Positions 1 through 7,193 of a stretch of DNA of 32,000 nucleotides are shown piece after piece. The stretch spans positions 30,001 to 62,000 of the forward strand of contig NZ_LWLG01000014.1 in NCBI RefSeq assembly GCF_001652585.1, written 5' to 3'. The translations under genes were made by a program, and so were the position numbers. This DNA comes from Thermosulfurimonas dismutans. Its GTDB lineage: Bacteria > Desulfobacterota > Thermodesulfobacteria > Thermodesulfobacteriales > Thermodesulfobacteriaceae. The first letter of the stretch is position 1. Each line of letters opens with the position of its first letter. Below the pieces are notes generated by a model. It was not told the origin of the DNA and made no database searches. It worked only from the letters and a program-made list of their open reading frames with translations.

Positions 1-353
1 TCAAGACTCTCCTTATTTTTCTCTCGGCGTATGCGAAGGGAATCTGCCACAAAGACTATGCCATCGACTCCTTTCAAAACGATCTTTCGGGCATACTTAT
101 AGAGAGATTGCCCGGGAACAGTATAAAGCTGTAACCGGATATCTAGATCTTTTATTTTGCCCAGGCTTAGGGGTAAAAGATCAAAGAAGAGTGTTCTTTC
201 TCCCTTGGTTTCAATGGTTAGAAGTTTCCCCCTAAATTTTTCCGGGAGAGAATTATATATGTAGAGAAGATTAGTGGTTTTCCCTGATCTTCCCGGACCA
301 TAGTAAACTATTTTGCAGTATATTTCCTTTTTCTTGAGATCGATTAAGGCCAT
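1..353 (-). CDS. mglA: MglA-like Ras-superfamily small GTPase (N-terminal ~117 aa; gene continues beyond the window start)
   Basis: Minus-strand translation from the ATG at 353 gives MALIDLKKKEIYCKIVYYGPGRSGKTTNLLYIYNSLPEKFRGKLLTIETKGERTLFFDLLPLSLGKIKDLDIRLQLYTVPGQSLYKYARKIVLKGVDGIVFVADS. It has a P-loop (GPGRSGKT) and switch II (TVPGQ) and is nearly colinear with Myxococcus MglA as I recall it. The start directly abuts the stop of the Roadblock gene. Confidence 0.85.
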   Translation of the reverse strand, partial: MALIDLKKKEIYCKIVYYGPGRSGKTTNLLYIYNSLPEKFRGKLLTIETKGERTLFFDLLPLSLGKIKDLDIRLQLYTVPGQSLYKYARKIVLKGVDGIVFVADSLRIRREKNKESL

Positions 354-737
354 TTATAATTCCTGGATTTGTTTGGCTAGTTGATTAGCTTTTAGACGTA
401 CTAGCCCCAAAGGTACTTCGTCTGTAAATACTGTAACTAGAATTATATCGTCATTAATTTTGCTCAAGTGTATATTATCTTTTTTGCCCTTGTGATACAG
501 AATGCTGAAATCGTCCTCGCCTAGAATTCTGGCGATCTGATTAGTAGCTCCGAAATTGGCAGCCGCCAGGGCCGCTAAAGAAGTGACATCTACATCTGCA
601 TTTTTACCACTTGAGACTAAGATGTTTCCAGCTTCGTCTATCAAAAGAGCCAAGTTTACTCCAATGCTTAGTAAGTAGTTGCGAAGTAGTTTTTCTAGCC
701 TAGACACCTTTTCTGGTGTGAGAACACGTATACCCAT
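354..737 (-). CDS. mglB: Roadblock/LC7-domain protein, MglB-like partner of MglA
   Basis: 127-aa ORF of the size and pattern of Roadblock/LC7 proteins (LALLIDEAGNILVSSG...AALAAANFGA...ILVTVF). It lies immediately upstream of mglA, the same order as the Myxococcus mglBA operon. An AAGAGG RBS sits about 8 nt before the ATG. Confidence 0.7.
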   Translation of the reverse strand: MGIRVLTPEKVSRLEKLLRNYLLSIGVNLALLIDEAGNILVSSGKNADVDVTSLAALAAANFGATNQIARILGEDDFSILYHKGKKDNIHLSKINDDIILVTVFTDEVPLGLVRLKANQLAKQIQEL

Positions 738-747
738 TAGTAGACCT

Positions 748-786
748 CTTATCCATTTAACACTTATCAGGATAATATGGATAATA
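748..786. promoter_or_regulatory. Cluster of GGATAA/TTATCC motifs in the mglB upstream region (candidate operator)
   Basis: TTATCC at 749-754, TTATC-ag-GATAA palindrome at 764-775, and a tandem GGATAATA (770-777) t GGATAATA (779-786). All lie 12-50 nt upstream of the mglB start at 737. Confidence 0.25.
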
Positions 787-1039
787 GGAAAAAATCAAGT
801 CCTTATTTTTCTATAGGAAAGGCGGTTAATGGTATGTAAGCTTTGAATTTGATGGAAAAACTTTCCTAAGCTTATGCATATTGGATGTTAATATGCCGGC
901 CATGGATGCTTTAATCCTACTAAAAAACTTATGCTTAGGAAGCCGCTGCCCATCTTGAACACCCATTAATGGGGCGCTAAACACTAGATATTCGTGACCT
1001 AGAAATACCAAGTTTTTCAGCAGTTATTTGATGCCTGCC

Positions 1040-1450
1040 TTTTAATGACCCCCTGAATACGAAAAGCCGCGGTGAATCGGGTCTTGGTGATAAAAATGGG
1101 CGAGGCCTCTGGGCTATTCCTTTTACGCTATCGTAGAAGTTAAAGAAAGTTCTCCCGGACCGTCTTACCAAAGGTGAGGGAGAATAGTTATACAACTTCA
1201 AAGGAGAATCCATTAAAGTTGTGGTCCTTGACCCAAAGATTCTATAAGCCTCTCCTGTTGTTTGTTTGGAAGGCCGAGTTAGGGGGATGGCCTTTGGGGA
1301 GCTCCTTGGACAACAGGAGGCCTCTCTCAGGCCTTTCATGGAAAGCCTCAGAAGCTATAGTCCTTTTTTCGGACCGCCCAGGCTTTCTGGAAGGGACAAT
1401 AGTTTCGCCTTGGATTACATGATTTTCGAAAAGCTGACTTTTTTGTCAGG
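1040..1450. other. ORF-poor, hairpin-dense segment with coding-like GC: candidate structured RNA or decayed sequence (unidentified)
   Basis: The only ORFs are mutually overlapping, low-complexity ones on both strands. Local helices include 1150-1156/1178-1184, 1192-1198/1216-1222, 1251-1260/1311-1320 enclosing 1270-1275/1289-1294, and 1434-1438/1445-1449. No match by eye to RNase P, tmRNA, SRP or riboswitch cores. Confidence 0.25.
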
Positions 1451-1567
1451 AAAAATCCTCGTAAAAGAAAGGTGGAAAAAGAAGCCTAGGGATTTAATTG
1501 CTTCTTAGATGAGCTTTTAAAATAGCTTTTTCTTCATTTAACCCTCTTTAATCCTCAAAAATTTTCC

Positions 1568-1597
1568 TTGACATTTGTATTAAAGAAATGCTAGGCT
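1568..1597 (+). promoter_or_regulatory. Candidate sigma70-type promoter for dsrA
   Basis: Perfect TTGACA at 1568-1573, an 18-nt spacer, then TAGGCT at 1592-1597 (weak -10, only T1, A2 and T6 conserved). It lies about 50 nt upstream of the dsrA ATG. Confidence 0.3.
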
Positions 1598-1646
1598 CAA
1601 GGCTACCTATAGAAGTAGAAAAATCTGTTTGATTAAGGAGGGAGTG

Positions 1647-2939
1647 ATGGCTGAGATCAAAAAACACGATACACCGCTGTTAGAGGATCTTAAAGGCGGT
1701 CCCTGGCCCAGTTTTGTGGATGACATTTATTCTTATGCCGAAAAGCATCAGAAACAGGCCTGTTTCGACCTCATGGGACAGCTCGAGTTGTCTTACAAGC
1801 ACAAGGAGACCCACTGGAAGCACGGAGGTATCGTGGGAGTGTTTGGGTATGGTGGTGGTGTTATTGGTCGTTATTCCGACCAGCAGGAAAAGTTCCCGGC
1901 TATTTGGGCCTTTCATACCGTGCGTGTAAATCAGCCGGCCAGTAAGTGGTATCACACCTCGGCCCTTCGTAAGCTTTGCGAGATGTGGGATCACCGGGGT
2001 AGCGGTATGCTCAACACCCACGGCTCTACGGGAGACTTGGTGCTTCTGGGAACCACTACCGAACAGCTTGAACCCATCTTCTTTGATCTGACCCATCAGA
2101 TGAATATGGACCTCGGTGGTTCCGGGTCTAACCTGCGTACTCCTTCCTGCTGTGTGGGAAAGGCCCGGTGTGAATGGAGCTGTATTGATACTCAGGCTCT
2201 TTGTTATGACCTTACCATGACCTATCAGGACGAGCTTCACCGTCCGGCTTTCCCTTATAAGTTTAAGTTCAAGATTTCTGGGTGCCCCAACGACTGTGTG
2301 GCCGCTATCGCCCGGGCCGACTTTTCCATCATCGGAACTTGGATTGATGACATCCGGATCGATCAAGAGGCGGTTAAGGCTTATGTAGGTGGCGAGCTTA
2401 AGCCCAATGCTGGAGCTCACTCCGACCGGGATTGGGGGCCCTTTGACATCCAAAAGGAGGTCATTGATCTCTGTCCCACTCAGTGCATGCACTGGGATGG
2501 AGATAAGCTATATATCAACAACAAAGAGTGTGTCCGGTGTATGCATTGTATAAATGTCATGCCTGAAGCCCTGCGTCCTGGTACGGACACCGGTGCTACC
2601 ATCCTCATGGGGGCTAAGGCTCCGATCTTGGAGGGTGCTCAGCTTTCTACGGTGATTGTGCCTTTCATGAGGTTAGAGCCGCCCTATGACAACCTTAAAG
2701 AGCTTGTTGAGAAGGCTTGGGACTTCTGGATGGAAAACGGAAAGAACCGTGAGCGTCTGGGTGAGCTCATTCAGCGGATTGGTCTCAACCGCTTTATCGT
2801 GGACGTCTTGGAGCTCAAGCCTATTCCGCAGCACGTCCGTGAACCGCGGGCTAACCCCTATGTCTTCTGGAAGGAAGAAGAGGTTGAGGGTGGTTGGCAG
2901 CGTGATGTGGCCGAGTTCCGTAAACGTCACCCGGCCTAA
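1647..2939 (+). CDS. dsrA: Dissimilatory sulfite reductase alpha subunit
   Basis: Translation carries the siroheme/[4Fe-4S] cysteine motifs (TPSCCVGKARCEWSC, SGCPNDCVAA) and the ferredoxin insert (CPTQCMHW...CVRCMHCINVMP). The ATG at 1647 is preferred over the track's TTG at 1629 because the AAGGAGGG RBS lies at 1634-1641. Confidence 0.95.
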   Translation: MAEIKKHDTPLLEDLKGGPWPSFVDDIYSYAEKHQKQACFDLMGQLELSYKHKETHWKHGGIVGVFGYGGGVIGRYSDQQEKFPAIWAFHTVRVNQPASKWYHTSALRKLCEMWDHRGSGMLNTHGSTGDLVLLGTTTEQLEPIFFDLTHQMNMDLGGSGSNLRTPSCCVGKARCEWSCIDTQALCYDLTMTYQDELHRPAFPYKFKFKISGCPNDCVAAIARADFSIIGTWIDDIRIDQEAVKAYVGGELKPNAGAHSDRDWGPFDIQKEVIDLCPTQCMHWDGDKLYINNKECVRCMHCINVMPEALRPGTDTGATILMGAKAPILEGAQLSTVIVPFMRLEPPYDNLKELVEKAWDFWMENGKNRERLGELIQRIGLNRFIVDVLELKPIPQHVREPRANPYVFWKEEEVEGGWQRDVAEFRKRHPA

Positions 2940-3005
2940 GAGACCTGAAATTAAATGGTACGAGGGCCTCTTGATATAAAATTAAATTAGAAAGGAGGTT
3001 TGGTT

Positions 3006-4238
3006 ATGTCTGATAAGGTATATGAAGAGATCCAGGGCGTTCAGCTTGATGAGATTTACAGCAAGCCTTATGATCCCGAGTTGGGAGAGAAACTTTATAA
3101 CCCTCAGAAACCGATGGAGAACCGGATCACGGATATCGGTCCTCCTCACTTTGCTCAGTTCTTTCCGCCGGTCATTAAGAAGAACTATGGTAAATGGAAA
3201 AGTCATGAGATCATCCAGCCTGGTGTGATCAAGTATACGAGTGAGACCGGGGACGTGCTCTTTGCAGTAAGGGTAGGTTGTCCCCGTCTTGTAACTACGG
3301 ACTATATCCGTGAGGTCTGCGAGATTGCTGATAAATATTGCGACGGATATGTCCGCTGGACCACTCGTAATAACATCGAATTTCATGTGACAGACGAGGA
3401 AAAGCTTCGGGCCCTTCTTGATGATCTCAAGAGCCGTAAGTTCCCCGGTGGGTCCCAGAAGTTCCCGGTAGGTGGCACGGGTGCCGGTGTGACTAACATC
3501 GTTCACACCCAGGGTTGGGTCCACTGCCACACGCCGGCCATTGATGCCTCCGGCGTGGTGAAGGCCGTGATGGACGAACTCTTCGACTATTTCGGCAGTC
3601 ATAAGCTTCCCGCCCAGGTGCGGATTGCTTTGGCCTGCTGTCTTAACATGTGTGGTGCGGTTCACTGCTCCGACATCGCTATTCTCGGTATTCACCGTAA
3701 GCCGCCTCTGATTGAGGACGATCGTCTCCAGCACGTGTGTGAGATTCCTCTGGTAGTGGCGTCTTGTCCGCTGGGGGCTATTAAGCCTGCTACGGTAGAG
3801 ATCAACGGCGAGAAAAAGAAGACCGTGCGCGTGAATCAGGAACGGTGTATGTTCTGCGGTAACTGCTATACCATGTGTCCGGCCATGCCGCTTGCCGACG
3901 GAGAGGGCGACGGCATTGCCATCCTCGTGGGTGGTAAGATCTCCAACCGGATCTCCCCGCCCAAGTTCTCCAAACTGGTTATTCCTTTTATTCCCAACGA
4001 GCCTCCGCGGTGGCCGACCACCGTTAAGTGGATCAAGAAGATCCTTGAGACCTATGCTCAGCATGCCCGTAAGTACGAGCGGCTCGGTGAGTGGGCTGAG
4101 AGGATCGGTTGGGAGCGGTTCTTTGAGCTCTGCGAGATTCCGTTTACGGAAAAGAGCATCGACGACTACCGTCTGGCCTACGACACCTATCGGACCTCGC
4201 TCCACTTCAAGTTCACTAGCCACGTAGAGCCGGCATAA
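3006..4238 (+). CDS. dsrB: Dissimilatory sulfite reductase beta subunit
   Basis: Colinear with Desulfovibrio DsrB as I recall it ([82 protein letters not shown]). The ATG at 3006 follows an AAAGGAGG RBS at 2991-2998. Confidence 0.95.
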   Translation: MSDKVYEEIQGVQLDEIYSKPYDPELGEKLYNPQKPMENRITDIGPPHFAQFFPPVIKKNYGKWKSHEIIQPGVIKYTSETGDVLFAVRVGCPRLVTTDYIREVCEIADKYCDGYVRWTTRNNIEFHVTDEEKLRALLDDLKSRKFPGGSQKFPVGGTGAGVTNIVHTQGWVHCHTPAIDASGVVKAVMDELFDYFGSHKLPAQVRIALACCLNMCGAVHCSDIAILGIHRKPPLIEDDRLQHVCEIPLVVASCPLGAIKPATVEINGEKKKTVRVNQERCMFCGNCYTMCPAMPLADGEGDGIAILVGGKISNRISPPKFSKLVIPFIPNEPPRWPTTVKWIKKILETYAQHARKYERLGEWAERIGWERFFELCEIPFTEKSIDDYRLAYDTYRTSLHFKFTSHVEPA

Positions 4239-4247
4239 AAAGAAAGT

Positions 4248-4269
4248 GGGAGGCCCTTTAGGGCCTCCC
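4248..4269 (+). promoter_or_regulatory. Perfect 9-bp GC-rich stem-loop between dsrB and dsrD (attenuating terminator or mRNA-stabilising hairpin)
   Basis: GGGAGGCCC (4248-4256), tetraloop ttta, GGGCCTCCC (4261-4269). It starts 10 nt after the dsrB stop and is followed by ttaattt rather than a clean U-run. Confidence 0.45.
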
Positions 4270-4299
4270 TTAATTTAAAAGGAAAGGAGGTATATTAAG

Positions 4300-4533
4300 A
4301 TGGCCATGGATAAAGAGGAACTTAAGAAGAAGATCATGGAATTCATGGAGAAGAAATCCGGGGCGAAGTCCAAGGTTTATCTGAAGGATATGCAGCGGGC
4401 TATCCCTGATGCTTCTCCCCGTGAGATTAAAAAGGCTGCTAATGAGCTTGTGCAGGAAGGGAAGTTGGAATACTTCTCCACCGGAAGTACTGTCATGTAT
4501 GGTATTCCTGGAAAGGGTCAGCCTGTAGAATAG
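4300..4533 (+). CDS. dsrD: DsrD, small winged-helix protein of the dsr locus
   Basis: 77 aa, lysine-rich (MAMDKEELKKKIMEFMEKKSGAKSKVYLKDMQRAIPDASPREIKKAANELVQEGKLEYFSTGSTVMYG), with the typical size and position directly after dsrAB. A GGAAAGGAGG RBS lies upstream. Confidence 0.85.
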   Translation: MAMDKEELKKKIMEFMEKKSGAKSKVYLKDMQRAIPDASPREIKKAANELVQEGKLEYFSTGSTVMYGIPGKGQPVE

Positions 4534-4573
4534 GGTCTTAAGTCCCAATAATGTAAATCTAGTGAAAACGTGG

Positions 4574-4598
4574 GGGGAGACGCGTGTCTCCCCTTTTT
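4574..4598 (+). terminator. Rho-independent terminator of the dsr operon; its T-run overlaps the stop of the convergent kinase gene
   Basis: GGGGAGAC (4574-4581), loop gcgt, GTCTCCCC (4586-4593), followed by TTTTT (4594-4598). Confidence 0.7.
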
Positions 4599-5542
4599 CA
4601 TTCAAAAAGGGCCTTTCTCAGATAGGAAGGTAGGAGTTTTCTCAATCTTTTTTCTGCTCTGGGAATATAATCTCGAAACCAGCTTTTCCCCTGAGAACTC
4701 AGTTTTACAAAAGCCCCTAAAGCCTGCATAAGTCTAAAAATGGAGATCCTTTTGAACTCCTCTAGGAAAGTCTGTCGATCCCTGGAAGTTAAACGCAGAT
4801 AGAGATCGAGAAGTCTTTCGGTAGGGATCCTTTCGACATAGGGATCCCACAGTAGGGAGGCCAAATCGTAGGACGGTGGTCCGATACGGGCCCCCTGAAA
4901 ATCTATGACATAGAGCCTGCCATTCTTTACCATCAGGTTTCGGGACTGAAAGTCTCGATGGAGAACTACGGTGTCCGTAAAACAGTCCACACTCTCTTGA
5001 AGGAAGTCTTCCAAGAGACTTCGCGTTTCTATAAACCAAGTCTTTTTTCGATGGATCTTAAGATACCATTTTTCAAAGTAGAGGATCTCTTTATGCCAAA
5101 TGAGATCGCGATCGTAATACAGGGTTTCAAGCGTGGTTTCCCTAGGGAAGCGAGGGGTGAGAGCCTGAAGGTTTACTAGGATTTTTACGGCTTCAGGATA
5201 CAATCTTTCCCGTTCGGGATGTTCGCAAAGTCTTAGGTCCCCTAGGTCTTCGACCAGAAGCAAGCCGTCCTGATCCCGGTAGGCCAGGATATCGGGAACA
5301 GGTATTCCGTGGCTCTTCAGGAAACGCCCGATGCGATAATAGGCTTGGGCTTCCCTAAGACCATACTCTCCAGGCTGGGGGAGGATGAGGATAAAGCTTT
5401 CTTTTGGGGTCTTGATCCTTAAAAATTTTCTCGCCGAACCATCTCCCTGAAGAGGGATAATTTCCTTGATGTTAAGTCCCAGCTCTCGCAGGGCCTCATG
5501 CAGGTAAACTGATTTTTCCTTTACAGGGAGCGTGGGGAACAT
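4598..5542 (-). CDS. Aminoglycoside-phosphotransferase-fold kinase, AmgK-like (possible anomeric MurNAc/GlcNAc kinase)
   Basis: 314 aa with the APH/choline-kinase catalytic loop (VVLHRDFQSRNLMV) and the metal-binding IDFQG motif. It sits immediately downstream of, and overlapping, a sugar-1-phosphate nucleotidyltransferase, the pairing known for AmgK/MurU. The specific substrate is inferred. Confidence 0.6.
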   Translation of the reverse strand: MFPTLPVKEKSVYLHEALRELGLNIKEIIPLQGDGSARKFLRIKTPKESFILILPQPGEYGLREAQAYYRIGRFLKSHGIPVPDILAYRDQDGLLLVEDLGDLRLCEHPERERLYPEAVKILVNLQALTPRFPRETTLETLYYDRDLIWHKEILYFEKWYLKIHRKKTWFIETRSLLEDFLQESVDCFTDTVVLHRDFQSRNLMVKNGRLYVIDFQGARIGPPSYDLASLLWDPYVERIPTERLLDLYLRLTSRDRQTFLEEFKRISIFRLMQALGAFVKLSSQGKSWFRDYIPRAEKRLRKLLPSYLRKALFE

Positions 5543-6224
5543 GGGCTTTACCCGAAAGGATTTCTTCTTGAGCCTTAAGGTAGTTTTCAGGGGTGCCTAT
5601 ATCCCGCCAGTAGAAACCGGTAGCCACCAGGGCCTTAATCCCGTAGCCCCGGCCCAAGAGCTTCTCGTAGGCTGACACGAGCTCTCTGTCTTCCGGCAAG
5701 ACTCTTATCCATTCTGGAGAAACTACTTGGATGCCGGTATAGGCCCATCCTTCTTCGGAGTCGTCTCCAAAACCGCGGATCCATCCGTTTTCTATCCGTA
5801 CTTTGTTTAGCCCGGGATAGCGATGGAGGAACATGAGACAGGGCGGAGTCTCTCTTATAAAGGCCTCATAGACCACTCGCAGGGGGAAGTTGGTGAGGAT
5901 GTCTCCGTTTATTACTAAAGTGGGTTCCGAGAAAAATTCGGTGGCGTTTCGTAGGGCGCCGCAGGTTCCAAGGAGCTCAGGTTCCTCAAAGACCTCTATT
6001 TTTATGGCTGGAACCCTTTTCGTATAGGTTTTTACAAATTCCAGGAGTCTTTCCTTGAGATGCCAGGCATTAAGGCCAATACGGTTGAAACCCTGGGAAA
6101 CCAGTTGATCGAGGATGATGGCGAGTAGAGGCTTTCCCAGAATAGAGAAGAGCGGTTTGGGGAGATGGTCTGAGTACGGACGGAGGCGTTTGCCCCGTCC
6201 GGCACACAGTACGAAGGCCTGCAT
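5496..6224 (-). CDS. Sugar-1-phosphate nucleotidyltransferase (MurU-like NTP_transferase family)
   Basis: N-terminal LCAGRGKRLRP signature of nucleotidyltransferases, 242 aa. The start overlaps the tatA stop by 1 nt. Confidence 0.7.
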   Translation of the reverse strand: MQAFVLCAGRGKRLRPYSDHLPKPLFSILGKPLLAIILDQLVSQGFNRIGLNAWHLKERLLEFVKTYTKRVPAIKIEVFEEPELLGTCGALRNATEFFSEPTLVINGDILTNFPLRVVYEAFIRETPPCLMFLHRYPGLNKVRIENGWIRGFGDDSEEGWAYTGIQVVSPEWIRVLPEDRELVSAYEKLLGRGYGIKALVATGFYWRDIGTPENYLKAQEEILSGKAHVPHAPCKGKISLPA

Positions 6225-6427
6225 CAGGCCTGGGCCTGGGTTTTAACCCCTTCGGTTTTTTCGATTCGTTCCACTTCTTCTTTGATGTCAGCTTCTCGTA
6301 AGGCCTGTTTGAAGGAACGTATACCTTTGCCCAGACCGGCCCCGATTTCCGGAAGACGCTTGGCTCCGAAAAGAAGGAAAGCCAGGAATAGAATGATTAA
6401 CAGTTCCTGAGTCCCGAGTCCGAACAT
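6224..6427 (-). CDS. tatA: Twin-arginine translocase subunit TatA/E
   Basis: 67 aa: [40 protein letters not shown]. This is the canonical TatA TM helix, FG hinge and amphipathic helix. Confidence 0.85.
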   Translation of the reverse strand: MFGLGTQELLIILFLAFLLFGAKRLPEIGAGLGKGIRSFKQALREADIKEEVERIEKTEGVKTQAQA

Positions 6428-6446
6428 AGCCGCCTCCTCCTATAAT

Positions 6447-7193
6447 TTAACCCTTGGTTTCCAATAACCATACCACAAAGATACTTAGTTCGTAAAGGAT
6501 GACCAGAGGTACGGCTAGGAAGAGCTGATTGACTACGTCGGGAGTAGGCGTGAGAATGGCCGCCACTACAAAAGCCGCTAGTACGGCGTAAGGTCTTATG
6601 CGGGAGAGGGTGCGAGCTTTGATTATCCCCAGTCTGGCTCCCACCGCAAGGGCTACTGGTATTTCGAAGCAGAGTCCGAAAACGAGTAGCATCCTGACCG
6701 CAAAGCTTACATAATCCCGAAATACGGGTTTGAAGACCAGAAATTGGCCGCCAAAGGTGGCCAAAAAACGAAAGGCTTTCGGAAAAACCAAGAAATAGGC
6801 GAAGGCCGCGCCCCCGAGAAAGGCTATACAGGAAAAAAAGATTAGAGGTCGAGCGAAGCGTTTTTCGTGGGCATAAAGCCCCGGGGCCACGAACCGCCAA
6901 GCCTGAAAGATGATGAAGGGACTGGCCAGGATGGCCCCACAAATGAGGGCGATCTTGAGATAGGTAAAAAAGGCCTCTTGGTAAGCAATGAAGATAATCT
7001 TCCCTTTCTCCGGAATGACCGGAAGAAGGGGTTTCAGAAGAAAGTTTAGCAGGGGTTCAAGCTGCCAGTAGCAAAGGGCCGAGGCCAAGATCCACGCAAT
7101 AAGGCTCTTTACGAGCCTTTCCCGAAGCTCAAGAAGATGGGCCGTTAAAGGGAGGTTCTGGTCTTCTTCGGGAAGGACGTTTTCGGTATTCAC
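6447..7193 (-). CDS. tatC: Twin-arginine translocase subunit TatC
   Basis: 248 aa and polytopic, with the TatC N-terminal pattern (PLTAHLLELRERL...). It has a GTG start whose first base overlaps the transketolase stop. Confidence 0.9.
   Translation of the reverse strand: MNTENVLPEEDQNLPLTAHLLELRERLVKSLIAWILASALCYWQLEPLLNFLLKPLLPVIPEKGKIIFIAYQEAFFTYLKIALICGAILASPFIIFQAWRFVAPGLYAHEKRFARPLIFFSCIAFLGGAAFAYFLVFPKAFRFLATFGGQFLVFKPVFRDYVSFAVRMLLVFGLCFEIPVALAVGARLGIIKARTLSRIRPYAVLAAFVVAAILTPTPDVVNQLFLAVPLVILYELSIFVVWLLETKG

Noticed and set aside
1020-1450. Possible RNase P RNA, tmRNA, SRP RNA or riboswitch in the structured block upstream of dsrA
   Set aside because: I looked on both strands for GAGGAAAGUCCGGGC / ACAGAACCCGGCUUA (RNase P). 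I also looked for GGGG..5' plus UCCACCA 3' and a tag ORF (tmRNA), GGUCCGGAAGGAAGCAGC (SRP), the B12 box and the THI-box. Only weak partial resemblances turned up (for example cagaaagcctgggcgg and gacggtccgggagaac). It is kept as an unidentified candidate, not a named RNA.
826-1508. Track ORFs 826-1011(-), 977-1339(-), 1174-1422(+) and 1266-1508(+) as possible small proteins
   Set aside because: They are mutually overlapping on opposite strands, lack convincing RBS sequences, have compositionally odd translations, and match no recognisable family.
1680-4223. Long antisense ORFs inside dsrA and dsrB (1680-2492 minus, 2673-2930 minus, 2982-4223 minus) and same-strand off-frame ORFs (1714-1929, 2686-2979, 3022-3228, 3892-4227)
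   Set aside because: They lie entirely within genes whose protein identity is unambiguous. Their translations are low-complexity (R/G/P/L/T-rich) with no motifs. This is the typical shadow-ORF effect of GC-rich third codon positions.
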